Below are positions 1 through 30,576 of a DNA stretch of 64,000 bases, in pieces. Source of the DNA: the human T2T-CHM13v2.0 reference genome, Homo sapiens; the NCBI RefSeq assembly GCF_009914755.1, contig NC_060931.1, one strand, 5' to 3'. Position 1 is the stretch's first letter, and every line of letters starts with the position of its first letter. The notes beneath the pieces were generated by a model that did not search any database, was not told the origin of the DNA, and saw only the letters and a list, made by a program, of their open reading frames with translations. The position numbers and the translations under genes are program-made.

Positions 1-250
<250 letters not shown>

Positions 251-494
251 AGAAGTAGATGCCTAAATAAATGTTAGTTCCGTAGCTGCTGAAGAAGCTC
301 AGGTTTTGGGGGAATTGTAAAGTCCTGCCTTCAGGAAAGGGTGGTGAGGGGTAGAGGTGAGTTCTCACCAACAACTCAGCCAGAGTTTATAGCCTGATAC
401 GGCTACATTAATAGAAATACAGTTTCTAGAATGAAGGAGGTGGTGATTCTGCTCATTGGCAGCAAGGAGTCCGTGCCTAGGAAATTCCATTTTT

Positions 495-811
<317 letters not shown>

Positions 812-1167
812 TAGACTGGAAGCCACAGTATAAGGAAAACAGCTCCTTGGAGTGCATTCAGAGATGACTCCATGGCCAGGACAGGGAGGGGCTCTAACAT
901 AAAAAGAACTAGGGGGTTCGGAGACGTTCCTAATCTTGGGGTAGCAGGGAAAGACGGCAGCACCACTGGACAGCAGGAGCAAGAGGAATAATTTCAGGAA
1001 TCTGGGACGCGAAAAGATAAGGGGGAAGGGTCATGGGGGCATTTGTGGGTTCTGTCCTTGTAGTTCTCAAGAGCCGACCAGAAAGAAAGGCCAGGGGACG
1101 GAGCCAGGCTTTTTCTGAGAGACCCCTGTAGACCCCAGCCAAGCATAGAGGCTGGCGAGAGGAAACT

Positions 1168-1707
<540 letters not shown>

Positions 1708-4174
1708 GGAAGCTTATTCCCAGTGGTCTGGCTCTCCAGAGTTGCCACGCTGAAAGATGCTTGCTCTGGAGAGAGTGAGCTCCCTGTCACCAGAGCTATG
1801 CAAGCAGATTCAGGCCAGCCCTCCCAGAGAGCATGAGATGGGGAATCACGCACAGAGTGGACCGAAGGAGGGATTGAACAAGAAGGCTCAAAGGGTCCCT
1901 TTTGACCCTGAAGTCTAGGATTTCGTGAAGCTACAGGTGAACCCATTGGCATGAGAAGCATCCAGGGAGGAAAGATGCAAGCCCTTGGAATATCGAGAGA
2001 ATATTTCCAGCAGGAAAAGAAGTGGAAGGTTAAAGGAAAGCCAGAGAAGGGGACGTTGCCCTGGGCCATCAACTAAGAGAAAAGCTGCCCAGAGCCAGGC
2101 ATGGTGGCGGCGGTGCCTATAGTACCGGCAGTTGGAGAGGCCGAGGCAGGAGCATCACTTGAGCCCATGAGTTTGAGACCAGCCTGGGCAACATAGTGAG
2201 ACTTTTTTCTCTACAAAAAAGTTTAAAAAAAAAAAAATAGCCAGGTGTGGTGGTGTGCACCTGTGGTCCCAGCTAACCCAGGAGGCTGAGATGGGAGGAT
2301 CTCTTGGGCCCGAGAGTTCAAAACCAACACCAGAGATGCGGGTCAGAGAGTGGGCTGGTAGGACGGGACCTGGCCAGGCCTGTGGGAGGGTCTGAGTATG
2401 AAGGATTCATCCTGGGAGCAGTGAAGAATCGTAGGCGGGATTGAGACATCAGGTTTGAGTTCTAGAAGGATCTCTCTGGCTATACATTGGAGAACAGATG
2501 GGAGTGGAAAGACCAGAAGCCAGGAGAGCTGTGGGAGGCTATTGTGTAAGTATGGGGAGAGATGGCATGGGCCTGAGCTGAGGCCATCCCTGCGGAGGTG
2601 AGCTGGAGGCGGGCTGGGCAGGAAGAGGAGGGCGCAGACACAGTCCAACACTGGTGCAGGTGGCAGGCATCTGGACCAACACCTTTCCCATCAGGAAACC
2701 CCCCAGGAGGAGCAATTTACTAGCTCACTGGCATACAACATTCGTTTTCCCTGGGTGTGTAGTTAGAATGTTCTACGGAGACCTGAAGTGCTCGTTTATT
2801 GCTCAACCACTGTGCTCCTGTTATGGAGAAGTAGCAGAGGGGTCGGCACCTGTCAGTTATGTCCGAGCCTCATTCACACCTGTTTGTTGAACATCAGGGC
2901 ACTGGCATAAATACTCACTGTCCCAATTGGTGACAGTAAAGGATCAGATCTCTTGAGACTTCATGGTCAATAAGAAGCCACAGCTTTACACTTTGAACTG
3001 CATGTGAAACCCCGTCCCGTCCGGGGGCTTTCAGCAATTCACAGCCTTTTTGTGGTGAAAAAAAGTGGCCCGCCCACCACCCCTCCGGGGCCTCCTTTCT
3101 GAGCAGTGGTGATCCGAGTTGCTGGTGGGTCTCAAACTCCTGGGCTCAAGCTATCCTCTCGCCTTGGCCTACCAAAGTACTGGGACTACAGGCATGAGCT
3201 ACTGCGCCCGGCTTTGAAGCCAGCATTTCTTTACTACCTACGAGGCCTGCTCAGAGTCCGTGCTCAAAAAGATGTATTGAATGAATATGGGCTTTGACGC
3301 ACAGGCTGGAGCGCAGTGGCATGTTCTCCTAGCCCACAGTGGGGCTGGGAGGGAGTCATTGAAGTGAGCTGCCCTCTTCCTGTTCACCTGCCTGGTGTTT
3401 ATGTCACAAGACTGCCCTAGTGGAGGACTCTCCAGGTTGAGGTTAGGGGTTGGAAACCACAGCTGACCCTCACCACGGAGAGTGGGTCTCCATGGAGGCC
3501 TTGGCCACTGGTGCAGCATCAGCGTGGGACACGTGGTGGTCAGCATTTGGTCTCCAGCTGTGGTAGCTGTTCCCGACCTCCTTCCTGCAGAGTCAGTGAC
3601 ATGGAGTTACCTCTGGGAGTCGAGATGTTCACTGTAATTGCATGCTGCGGGTAGGGCAGCAGGGCCTTAGCCCATCATCAGCTCCTGGGTCTACTTTGTT
3701 CCTCGGGGGACTTGCTCATCTCTGGTGTCCTCAAGCCTGAGTTTTAATGGCCATGCAAGCAGAGAACAAGAGACAAAACCTGGGGCCAAGAAGGGGGTGG
3801 AAGATTGGATCAGAGAAAACCCCCCTCCCCCGCCATATAAAACCAGGGACTTCAAAGGCCACACTCTGAAAGTGTAAACTGGCAGGGTGGGGGAAGGAGT
3901 CTGCCCTTAAAGGGGAGACGGTGAGGGTTCTCTCTTGTTGGTTCCAGAGGGAGAAGAAAATGAGCCTCCCAAGAGAATTCCTAACCACAGCCACCTCTCC
4001 ACAGGTCTGGGGCCATGTCGCACATGAGACCCCCCAGCCCTCTCCCCACACCTTCGCCCCACCAGGCTGCAGCTGGCCCAAGGCCCTGTCTTTATCCTCT
4101 GCAAGCCCACCCCTCTCTGTGTCCTTCCCATGATGCCTTACCACGTTTTATGAGTCAAATTGTTCAGACTTTAG

Positions 4175-4554
<380 letters not shown>

Positions 4555-5876
4555 AAAAGCATTTACTTACCATCCTTCCTGGGGCCTTTCAGGGACCCTT
4601 GAGGGATGGGCAGGGGTTGGGGGGCCCGTGGAACTTCTTCTAGGATGAGGTGACCTCGTGGACCCCTGGTTCCGGCTCTCCTTCCCCAAATCACCCAGTG
4701 AGGAATATGACACCAGCCCAGGGAGCAGAAAAGCCTCCTTCACCTTCCCCAGAGAAGCGAGGCTCCCCTGGGTCTCACGGTGGAAACCATCTCTGTATTT
4801 GCTGGCTTGACTCTAACAGGAAGAATTCCTGAGACACGGTGTCGCTGGCTGCTTGCTACCTCCCAGGTGACTGCTGAGGGGAGGCAGAGTTTAACCTGAT
4901 GCCAGCTAAGAGTAATTTCCCCCAAAAGGGTCTTCCATTTTGAGATGAGGAGGATGTGAGGTGTGCCTGGGGCCACACATGCCAGGGACCTTCGTGACAA
5001 TGTCCTGGACACCATCGCCAGGTGATGGGCATCGGCTTGTGTGAGCCCCGTGGCCACCAGTCCCCTTGCCGGGTGGCTGTTTTCTGCCATCGTGGTCTGG
5101 GTTACCACTGATATGCAAGCAGTATCCTCCTCGCCCCTGTGTTTCTAGCATCAACTCTGATTTCTCAGCAAATGACAGAGAATAGACAAGAAAGAGCAAG
5201 AAAGATCTCCCAGGACAGTGCTCAGGCTTGGCGAGGGGCCGTTCTCATGGTGGGGCAGACACAAAAGTAGAACGAGGGCTCCCAGTGGCCCTGTCTCTGC
5301 AGGGACACAGGAGGAGACGGGAGTCCGGCGGTGACCACAGGGAAGTGATGTCTCAGGGCCGCCACCGCTAGATCTGGGGTTCCAGATCTAGAAACACAGC
5401 TACAGCTGGTTTAACAGGGGTCTTCAGGAAGACGCCAGAGCCTCAAAACCAGTGTCACCACACGCCGACCCGGGACAGGGCCCCCTTCTTCCTGCCTCAG
5501 CTGCCAATGATGGGCTACGCTTACTTCTCAGCTCCTGAAATGAATTTATCCCAGCTCCAGATCAGTGTCTGTTTCCCTGTTCCTTCCTTTCACTGCCATT
5601 AGGCCTGTTTTTAGTTTGAATTCTCCTGTTTCGTGGATCTCACCACACAAACCACCTCAACGCTTCATTTTGTGAGTTTTGTATTTTTTTTCGACGCCCT
5701 CAGGACAGAAATCCTGAATAACTATGTGATCAGAAAGTTGCGTGAAAGTAACGAAGGCAAGCCACAAGTGATAGAAGTCTGACACCGTGACCGCCAACAG
5801 ATGGGCCACAGAGAGACTGTCCGTGAACTTGGAAACTGATTGCAAGTGCAAATGCTCCACAGAAATTATGCAATCA

Positions 5877-6190
5877 GGCCGGGCGCGGTGGCTCACACCT
5901 GTAATCCCAGCACTTTGGGAGGCCGAGGCAGGTGGATTACTTGAGGTCAGGAGTTCAAGACCAGCCTGGCCAACATGGTGAAACCCTGTCTCTACTAAAA
6001 ATACAAAAATTAGCTGGGCGTGATGGCGGGCATCTGTAATCCCAGCTACTCAGGAGGCTGAGGTGGGAGAATCACTTCATCCTGGGAGGTGGAGGTTGCA
6101 GTGAGCCAAAATCATACCGCTGCACTCCAGCCTGGGCAACAGGGTGAGACTCTGTATCAAAAAAAAAAAAAGAAAAGAAAAGAAAAAGAA
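5877..6190 (+). mobile_element. Full-length Alu with a perfect 16-bp TSD
   Basis: TSD agaaattatgcaatca at 5861-5876 and 6191-6206. Confidence 0.97.
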
Positions 6191-6688
6191 AGAAATTATG
6201 CAATCAGAAATTGAAATCATCAACAGCTAGATCCCTTCTTTTGTGAACCATCACCCTGTGATGAGATGGTATCCGCTCTGAACGGCTAAATGCCTGCTTG
6301 AGACCATGTAGGCTCCCGGGGACACCTTGTAACCAGATGCCCGGGACTTCCCCAGCGCTGGCCGTTCCAGAACACTTCAGAGCCAGTGTTACAAGTCAGG
6401 GTGGTGAGGCCACCTCCTTGGCTGCCACCAGAACAGCTTCTCCACTAGGCTAAGAAATAGGTTTTCTAGCCCAAGAGACCAGGAGAAATATCTCCAAATA
6501 CATCTTATTCCAGGCAGAGTCTTAGATATTTTCTGCCCAAGAGTTGAACTGACCAGCAAGGGAGGCGTAAGCTCTTCAGTGATTTGACGTGATCATCAGA
6601 AACACTTGGCATGACACATCTGGAAATAAACTGGGAAAAATCTTTTTTGTTGAAGAGGACATTTTTCTGTAGTCTTAATAGTTGATTA

Positions 6689-8275
<1,587 letters not shown>

Positions 8276-9294
8276 TGATTGAATGTTTCTAGCAGTGGAA
8301 TGTAAGTCTGGGAGGAAGAAGCAGAACTTTCACCTCAGCCCACGTGTCCCATGTCATTCGCCACCATCTCCCACCTGTCTTAGAACTGTGCCTCAGTCCT
8401 AAGTATTAAGCCGGCACAAGGCCATTCACAAACGACCTCTGCCTGAGTTGTGTGTCCTGGGCACTTCCGTGGCTAGGGACCGTGTTCCCATTTTCCAGAC
8501 GGGTAGGCAGCAGCTCAGTGAGTTTGGGTAACTTGCCATGGTATGTCTTTTCCCAGACACCCTGTCGGGTGGTGGGCACTGGGGTGACCTGTCCTCGTCA
8601 TCCAGTGGGAAATCCCCATCTGCTCTCTGGGGGTGGTTGTTTCCTTGTTCAGGAATTGCAGGCAAATGATGGAAAAGTCCACTCATTTGTCCCGCAGCCC
8701 CCAGCACTGGTCTATGCTGTCCTGTCTACGTCCTCGGATTGGCCTGGTTGGCTGAAAATGCCAGGATCAGCATTCAAAACACTTTGTCCAGTGAAGGGTT
8801 AAATATGTTGAAATAAGCCCGGCCTTTACAAAAGCAGTGGCATTTACATCCTGTACGTTTATGGAAATCCTTGCTGAAGAAAAACAACCACAACATTGTT
8901 TGTGCGTGTTTTTAGGAAGAGAATGGCCAAAGTGTCTTTAATTCACTGTTTACCCGTGAGAATTACTCCCAGGAGTAATCCCGCAATAAAATCTTCTTGG
9001 TCTATGAGAATAGAAAGAAATTGAATCAAAAGACTCGATTTCCACTTGTATTTATTCAGTCTGGGAAATTCAGTGGGCCGGAGTATTAGTATCAGCAGGG
9101 GATTCCTTTGCTCCTAGCGTTAAATTACTGTCATAATCGCTCAATTATTTCTTCCTTGTACTGTTTAAAATAAAAATCCATCACATTCTGTGTTTTTTTT
9201 CCTAGCATTTATTAGGTTGAGTGTTTAGGAAAATCAATTATAGTCAGTCAGGCATGAATTGATGAATGTTCTTGTAATAATTGTCAGTTGTTAA

Positions 9295-9555
<261 letters not shown>

Positions 9556-10296
9556 TAGTACTGCTTTCTCGGTGGGGTTTGCTTTGACCAATTGGGGGCC
9601 GGAGCTTGTTAAAGTCGAAGGAAGAGCTTTGCTAACTGTGCGTGGGTGGGCTGAGGCTAGCGTGGCATCCACCCAGGGCCAAGGTGGAGGCTACGCAGGC
9701 ACAGTCACAGACACAGTCACGATGCCCCAGCCAGGCCTGGGGGTGTGATCGCTGGCATGCGGGTGCAGACCCGAACCAGGAGCCTCTCCAGAATGACACG
9801 GAGAAATTGAGGGTTTCCGCTGTGCCTTTCCAAGATGAGGAACAGTTCAGGATGAGCTGGGAGGGTAGGGGTGGGCGGGCAGAGAGGTAATAAAATAACA
9901 TTCTGCACCGAGTTTATAGAGCAGGAAGAGTGGGTATCACACCACTTTTTTGCAGCTTGCTTTTTCTGAAATTAGCGCAAATGGCTCTTAGCCCAAACAT
10001 TCCCAGCTCGATCAAGGTGGCTTTGAACTATGGGTTTCCAGACTCTCTTTCAATGCTGTATAGGGACAAGGAACAGCGTAGGAGCTAAGACCTTGGGTGT
10101 TGGAGCCATAGCCCCCAGTGCAGACCCCAGCTCAGCAGTCTGGTGATGGGGACAAAGGAGCTTAACGTCCCTGAGTCTCCGTTTCCCCGCCTGTAAACTG
10201 GGGGGTTGGTGCGAAAGTTATTATGAGCAAATAACTTAGAGCAAAGCTGGACATGTAATAAGACTAAGTAAACCTTAGCAGTAATTCTAGTTGTAG

Positions 10297-13890
<3,594 letters not shown>

Positions 13891-15449
13891 TCATTTCCAA
13901 GGTCTTACTGCTTTGGGGTTCATTTTCACCTCATTTAGTTCGTGCGAGACAGCGATGATTTTTGCTGTTTTATGAAGGAGGAGTTTGTGGCTTGAGTTGC
14001 TGGGAGTTGGCCAGTGTGGCCGAGCTCTTGTGGCCATGCCCAGCCGGGCGCAGGAGTTGAGCCCTCGACCACCCGCTGCCCGGTCCCCACTCTGGGTCCA
14101 GGGACAGCACTGAAATCCACACCTTTGACCTGTGTCACTGGAAGCACCTGTCCCAGATACATTCACTTTGACTTGCGCCTTGTAAAACCCACATTCCCTT
14201 GGCTGGTTTTACTGACCCTTTTCGTAAAAGCCCTTTAATCAGTGTCTATGGCCAGCACCCCTCAGGGTGGAAGATTAAGATGAAGACGTGATATAGCATG
14301 ATTCAACCTGTGCCCAGACTGACCTCCCTACATGTCACTTCTGCCATGTCCCCTCCTTGCTCCAGAGCTGGCAGGGACTCCCCAGGGCTGCCACCACATG
14401 TCCAGGCGCCTCTGGCTACCCCTGGCAGCTGTCACTCCTCCAGCCCTGCCCCACACTCCTGCCAGCCTCTGCACCTGCCTGCATGTCCTCCGCCCTTCCC
14501 CGGCACCCACCCTGAGATGGAGCCCCCTTTCCTTCCGACAAGGTCCCGCCAGCCCTCCCGAGGCCCACCCATTCCCCCCTCCTGTGGCTCAGCCCCACGT
14601 GCCACTGTCCTGGTCCTCCTACCCTGGAGGGCTCGTGACGTTGGCCCTGCCCGGCATTATTCAGAGCGGTGCTTTCCAGACTCCCTGTGATGGACAGTTT
14701 TGTTTTGTTTTTTAAATTTCCAGTCTGTGGCAGACTGATCGTTTTATATAAAAGACATTTAAAATGTCACCGAAATGCCGAATCGCTATAAAAGTTTCTA
14801 AACACTTATTCTCGATTTCTGTAATTGCCTCACTGTGCACCAGCAACAGTTTGCAAATTGGCAACGATCCCTGCAGCTCACGCTGCACAGAACGGGCCTG
14901 GACAGCCTGTGCCTGGTAAATAAGCCGACAGGAGATGCTCGCTCCAGCCCCCCAGGGCCACGCGCACAGCTGTCAGAGGTCAGGAGAACCGAAACACCTC
15001 TTTTACAACCTCATACAAATCAAAGAAGCAGGAAGGAGTACCCTCTTTGCACACAAAACTTTACAGACTTAAATGGTAAAGGCCTCATTTTCCCCGAGGG
15101 AGATATAAAACATTATTTCCCTGAGTGAATGCCTGCCTGTCCCCAAATTTGAAAATCCGTGGTGAGCACACGGTGCATGGGATGGCCCAGCTGTACCTGC
15201 CAGCTGGGGCCACGGTGCCACCCTTTCCCCACAATACAAGCAAGATCAGGACGTGAAACTGAGCACTTCAGAGGGGGGACAGCGGCAAGGACAGTGGCTT
15301 TCTGTGTTACAGCATGAGCTGCCCCCAGGATTCGGCTGTCATAGACACCATGCAGCTCTGCCCTCTCCACCCCTGTCCCCGTCTGTCATGCCCAGAATTG
15401 CATCTGCCCTGCAGAAAATATTTCAGAATCTTTCAGGAGCCAGGATTCC

Positions 15450-17093
<1,644 letters not shown>

Positions 17094-17302
17094 GGACTTT
17101 CTTTGATTCACTGCTATATGGTTGGTACATGGTAGGCACTCAGTACATATTTGTCCAGTGAATGAATCGAGGTGGCAGCTAACCACAGGGGGAGGAAGGT
17201 TGCATAGGGGAAGTGCAAGCAAGGGCAAGAAGTGACATCCTGCCATCACCATCCACACACTGACATCTGTGCAGCTTCTGTCTCAGTTGCCAGCACAGGT
17301 AG

Positions 17303-20132
<2,830 letters not shown>

Positions 20133-21829
20133 ATTTATTTTGTCACCGCCGTTTCTTCCTCTCTCATCAGCTTACCCAATGAGTACCAGGATTCAGTTTT
20201 TATTTCTACATTTAATCTCATTTTCTCATGTTACAGCCATTTCTGACCCCAGCAACGGCATTATGATGAGATAATTTGCCTTTCTCTCCATTGTCAAGTT
20301 AAAGGGCGTGACTCAGATACACACCGGCTACAAGAGAGCAAAGCTGTAGACCTCACATTTTTTATTATAGAGCAATTTCTTCCAAATCAGTTAAGGTTTC
20401 AATGTTTGCCTTCACAAAAAAATGAAACGCGGTTTTGCAAATTAATGTTCGTTATCCGTATCTTGGGGGAATTGTTTAATACCGTGCAGTTAATGAAACA
20501 ATTCAGCGATACTTCTTCCAAAATCATTGCTACCTTATCTTCATCTAATCTAATAATCAAAACATATCTTCTAGTAACAAGACTTCTGATTTTAATTATC
20601 TTAACTCCTTGTTGCCAGATTGTCCTGATACGAAACCCACATGCAGAAAGCATCTGACTTCACCAAACCAGGGTTTCCTCTCGCCCCAAAGGAATAAGGT
20701 TAATTGAATGAGATATGTTCTGAGGGCTTTTTGTTTTTCCTAATGTGTATAATGTATAGCCTCAAATATAACCTAAAGGAATACAATTATTAGGAAAATA
20801 TTTTTATGAATAAGACTTGGCAAATTGGCAACCTGATGCTTTTGCCATGGGGAACCCTGCCCCCGCAGTCTTGGCTACTCAAAGAACTCACCTTTACTTA
20901 CCACGGAGCTGCTTTCTTTCTTTCTTCTTCCTGTCCCCTTCCCCTCTTTCATGTCTTACGGGGGACCCTCGGACACACGATGGGGCCTTGAATCAGGTTG
21001 CTGTTTGGGAGAGGAGGCTCCAAGCTCCCAGCTCTGGGCTCAGCTGTTTGGAGTTGCAGGTGGTTTTCCCATGAACACTTGGCAGCAGGTCCTTGATCTT
21101 TGAGACATGTGCCAGGGTGTTTGGTGACAGTCACTTGGGGAGAGGGCATTTCCCATAAGCAGAAGGCTTATTGGGCAGAATCTTTTGTCCTGAGTTCACT
21201 GAGTTGTTTCCACCCATACTTTCCAATGATACTTTCTGTAGTTGGATATATCAGAGGACTGACTAATTGGTTTTCTTTCTCTAACCCATTGAAATTCTCC
21301 ATCTTTCTGCCACTGAGATTTCTCCTCTTCCCTCAAATTTGATTTGTTATTTCACAAGGATACCAGACAGCTGCACATCTTCGAGTCTGTCCTGTCCAGG
21401 GCTCTACTTTTTCAAGCAAAGCTCCCCATAAATGCCCCGCTATCCACGTGTGTCATGGGACATCGCTAACCTTTAATTAGGCATGGAAACAGACGCAAAA
21501 GTGGAAGATGTTTCCTCCTGCCTAATCTGACAAGTGCTTAAGCATAGTGCCACTTGTAAAGAAGAACTGTTTTTGCAATTAATGAAATAGCCCGACCGCC
21601 GTGACAAGGCTGCTTTTTGATAACTCTCTATTCTGTGGTCTTCTGTTGGAATGCTTTAATATAGAAGCAGTATAATTAGCTAGTCAACTGCACTGTACTT
21701 GCTACAGCACAGAAGATAATGCTACCAATAGCTTCGATTTAAAATAGATATTTATAAGAAAGGCTAACTAAAAGAACACCAGTCTCCCAGAAGGAGAAAT
21801 TATATTTTTCTAGAGATGCGTTAAAGATC

Positions 21830-21925
21830 AGTGCTTCCCACTGGGTGGATGGTCACATGCGTTAGAATCACCTAGGGGTCTTTTCCAAACTGCTTCTCTT
21901 TCCCCACTCCTGAGGTTCTGATGGG
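21830..21925. mobile_element. MER5-like hAT-Charlie fragment
   Basis: cagtgcttccca...gttagaatcacctagggg...ccccactcctgaggttctgat resembles recalled MER5 motifs. Confidence 0.45.
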
Positions 21926-22044
21926 TCCCATGGAGACACTATGGGATGATGCTGTGTCCCTCGGGGCACTGAGGTGGTATAAAAGAGGTGGTATAAAACC
22001 GTCCCTCTGGCCTTGGGTGTCTCTCTTTTCATCTTGCATTCTCG

Positions 22045-24590
<2,546 letters not shown>

Positions 24591-25365
24591 TGTTGAGTCT
24601 TATCTAGGTTCACCCTGCAAGTACGTGGTGGAGCCAGGATCTGTCGGACTCTGGAGTCCAGGTTTGCAGAGAGCCCCCGGCTCATCCTGGCCTCTCCGGC
24701 ATCTCACTTCCTCCCTGCAGGCACGTAGGACCGGCCTCAGCTCTGTCAAGATCTGCACTGTAGGACCCCAGAGATTTTTTTCTTTCTTTGGGTAGTCAGA
24801 CCCATCTGCAAAAGTTTTGCAATCATGAAATCAGATAGCGTATGAAATGCTAGGAATAAGCGCAGGTCTAGCATACCACGCGGCCAGCGGTAGCGTGACC
24901 TGACAGGAGGAGTGCGTCTTCAGAGACATTGGGAAACTGGCGTGCCTGTCGCCCGTCCCAGGGTCAGAGTCTTCGAAACCAGGCTTTCTGGGAACCCAAC
25001 AAGGAGTTTCTGATCGAAGAACCGCACTGAGGACAGTTAGTCTTTTTTCCACACTGGGCATTTTCAGCATTGGAAGTCAATGGGAGCCCTGCGTCTGCAG
25101 GTTTTGAGATGTGGCACTCACAGCAGGGTCACTAGAATGGAGACATCCATGGGACCAGGTTACAGGCGCTCCGGCAGTTGGGAGAAGCGTCGCCAAGCAG
25201 CCTCCCCTAGGCTCCATCCAGCTTGTCTGCCCAAGACAGAAAACGTCATAGAAGGTTTACAGAAGAGATCTTGGGGACTTCCTAGTTCAACTGCCCCTAG
25301 GTAGATGGCAGAACCCTCAATGGAAGCTGTTTAGCTCTCAGCAAAACTCACGGCCAACTAAAATA

Positions 25366-25990
<625 letters not shown>

Positions 25991-26124
25991 TACATGGATT
26001 CCACTCCTAAAACCTTCCAATTAGGGCCAATCACAGGCCTTCAAAGAAGACCTGCAGCCGTGCCCCTAGACAGAAACTGTAATGGGACTTAGCAGTGCTA
26101 AGAGTCCCAATATCAAGCCAGGAA

Positions 26125-28463
<2,339 letters not shown>

Positions 28464-28703
28464 TAAGTTGTACGTTACAACCTTACAGCATCCCTACACA
28501 CTTTGCCGTGCCTGGGCACGCACTCACACTGGGCAGGCCAGGAGCGTGAGGGACAAAAGATGGCCCCAGCACCGTTGACTCCATTCGCAAGGGCTGGCTT
28601 CCCCTCTCAGGCACAGCTGGCTGTTCCGCAGTGAATGCCGTCGGTGAAGTCCGTCGACCTGTTGTCAGGCATGGCCACTGATCAAATTCTTCTCTGTTTT
28701 CAG

Positions 28704-28762
28704 CAACTGGAAGAAAAACTCAAAGGCCAGGCTGACTATGAAGAGGTGAAGAAAGAGCTGAA
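28704..28762 (+). CDS. CUX1: CUX1/CASP shared exon 12: QLEEKLKGQADYEEVKKEL(N)
   Basis: Acceptor ttctctgttttcag; donor GAA|gtaagt; 59 nt, phase 0-2; absent from the ORF track, read by hand. Confidence 0.96.
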
Positions 28763-29199
28763 GTAAGTACGGAGAGCCCTGTGGCCCCTCACACGCTGGG
28801 GCGCATTAGGGCCATCTGCTAACAATGCCAGGCTGGTGGCAGGAAGCCTTGGCCCCCTGCCCTCTGGCTCAGCAGATGCCCGTAAATGCAGCCAGAGTTC
28901 TACCACTGCATGGTGTCCTGGGCTACCCACCACTGTGGGCGTTTGCCCTTGGGCCTGTCCCTGAATTCTTTGGACTTTTGCTAAAAGCTGTGCATTGCAG
29001 GTATTCCAGAATGTATGGAATCAGGGGCATAGGGCTTTTACAGAAATGATCAAATATGACCTTGTTTTGCAACTATAAATTCCCCAAACAGAAACAAAGC
29101 ACAGGAGGGAAATGTTTTCGGGTTGAAGGTGGGCATATGGCCTCACGCTGCCCCGGCCTCCTGGACTCAGGAACTCTGTCTTCCAAACTCTATTCTCCA

Positions 29200-30100
29200 T
29201 CTGTGAGGCTGTAGCCGAAAGCTTATCATCTTTTCAGGGCTAATGATGGCATTCTCAGTTCTCAAGCTTCAAAGTTCCTTTCTCGGCCAGCAGCCCCCAC
29301 CTCTGCCTCCTCACCCTGAGCCTGCTTTGGCACTCTGGAGCTCCCAGGTCCTGGTCTTTACCTGTCCCCCCACATCCATAATGCTCCAGGCTCACTGACC
29401 TCCCCTGCAAGCCTGGAGCCTGTGGTCAGACCCTCTACGTTCATACAGCTCCCCTGGATCGTCAGCCATTCCAAGCCTTCCCACTGGCATGCCCGCCTCA
29501 CTCCTAGGTTATTAAGCACTGCAAACGAAGGTTGCCTAGGGCATGGTGACCAGCCCCACAGGTCCCCCGTGCTTCTCGCGGCTGGAGCTCTGCTGGTTCG
29601 AGGCTTCCTCAGGGGTTCCTCCCTGCCCTTGTCACTGTTACCCCAACCACTATCCACAGATGCCCTAGCCCTCTGCTAGGGACAGACTCCCGCCTCTGGT
29701 CTTGGGTGCCACCTCCCATCTCTGCAGGCTGCCCCCTCTGCCTAGACCTTGAGTCCCTTCCTTCCTGCCCCTCCTGCTGTCCCATCAGCCCCTTTCTCTC
29801 TTGCTGCTATTTTCCATTTCTCCTTTTAAGATGAGCCTACACCCACTCACCACGTTTTCTTTGTGTTGTTAATTCCATTCTGCTAAGAAAAGCTCCTCGG
29901 GCATCCTCTTGAACCATCTCACTTCCATGACCAGCTGCCTTCTCTCGCCTGGGACCCCCAGCCTCCCTGGCGTCTGCTGGCCCTGGTAGTCCCTGTCCCC
30001 ACCATGCTCTCCCCCTGAGCGGTCTCATCCCCTCTCCAGCTGCAAAGCCTCTGCCGGCACCTCCTCGGACAGACCCCTACATCCCTCTAACAGTTCCAGC
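29200..30100 (+). mobile_element. Probable old L2 fragment, pyrimidine-rich
   Basis: C/T-rich degenerate sequence with L2-like phrases; boundaries uncertain. Confidence 0.4.
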
Positions 30101-30109
30101 CTCTGTAAC

Positions 30110-30400
<291 letters not shown>

Positions 30401-30576
30401 TGTAACTTATTATTAAACATTACCTGGTTAACCTTCTCTACCTGCCTCTCCTATCCCATTCTTTCCTTCCTTTCCCTCTTCTTCCCTCTTCCAAAAAGAA
30501 AAAGAAATTGGGCCTTTTAATTTTGAGCCAGAGAAACTGCTGCGAAGGCCTTTGCCCAGCCTCACCCTGGGAGTTA

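Noticed and set aside
5368-5391. 10-bp inverted repeat ctagatctgg-ggtt-ccagatctag
   Set aside because: About one such stem is expected by chance in 64 kb, and there is no supporting context.
5680-5790. Acceptor-like tract followed by purine-rich, exon-like sequence
   Set aside because: Early stops in the frames read, only a weak donor, and no match to CUX1 or CASP.
20399-20657. Overlapping 83/84-aa ORFs on opposite strands
   Set aside because: TTG/GTG starts, composition driven by AT richness and no recognisable homology; the region is kept only as a candidate regulatory block.
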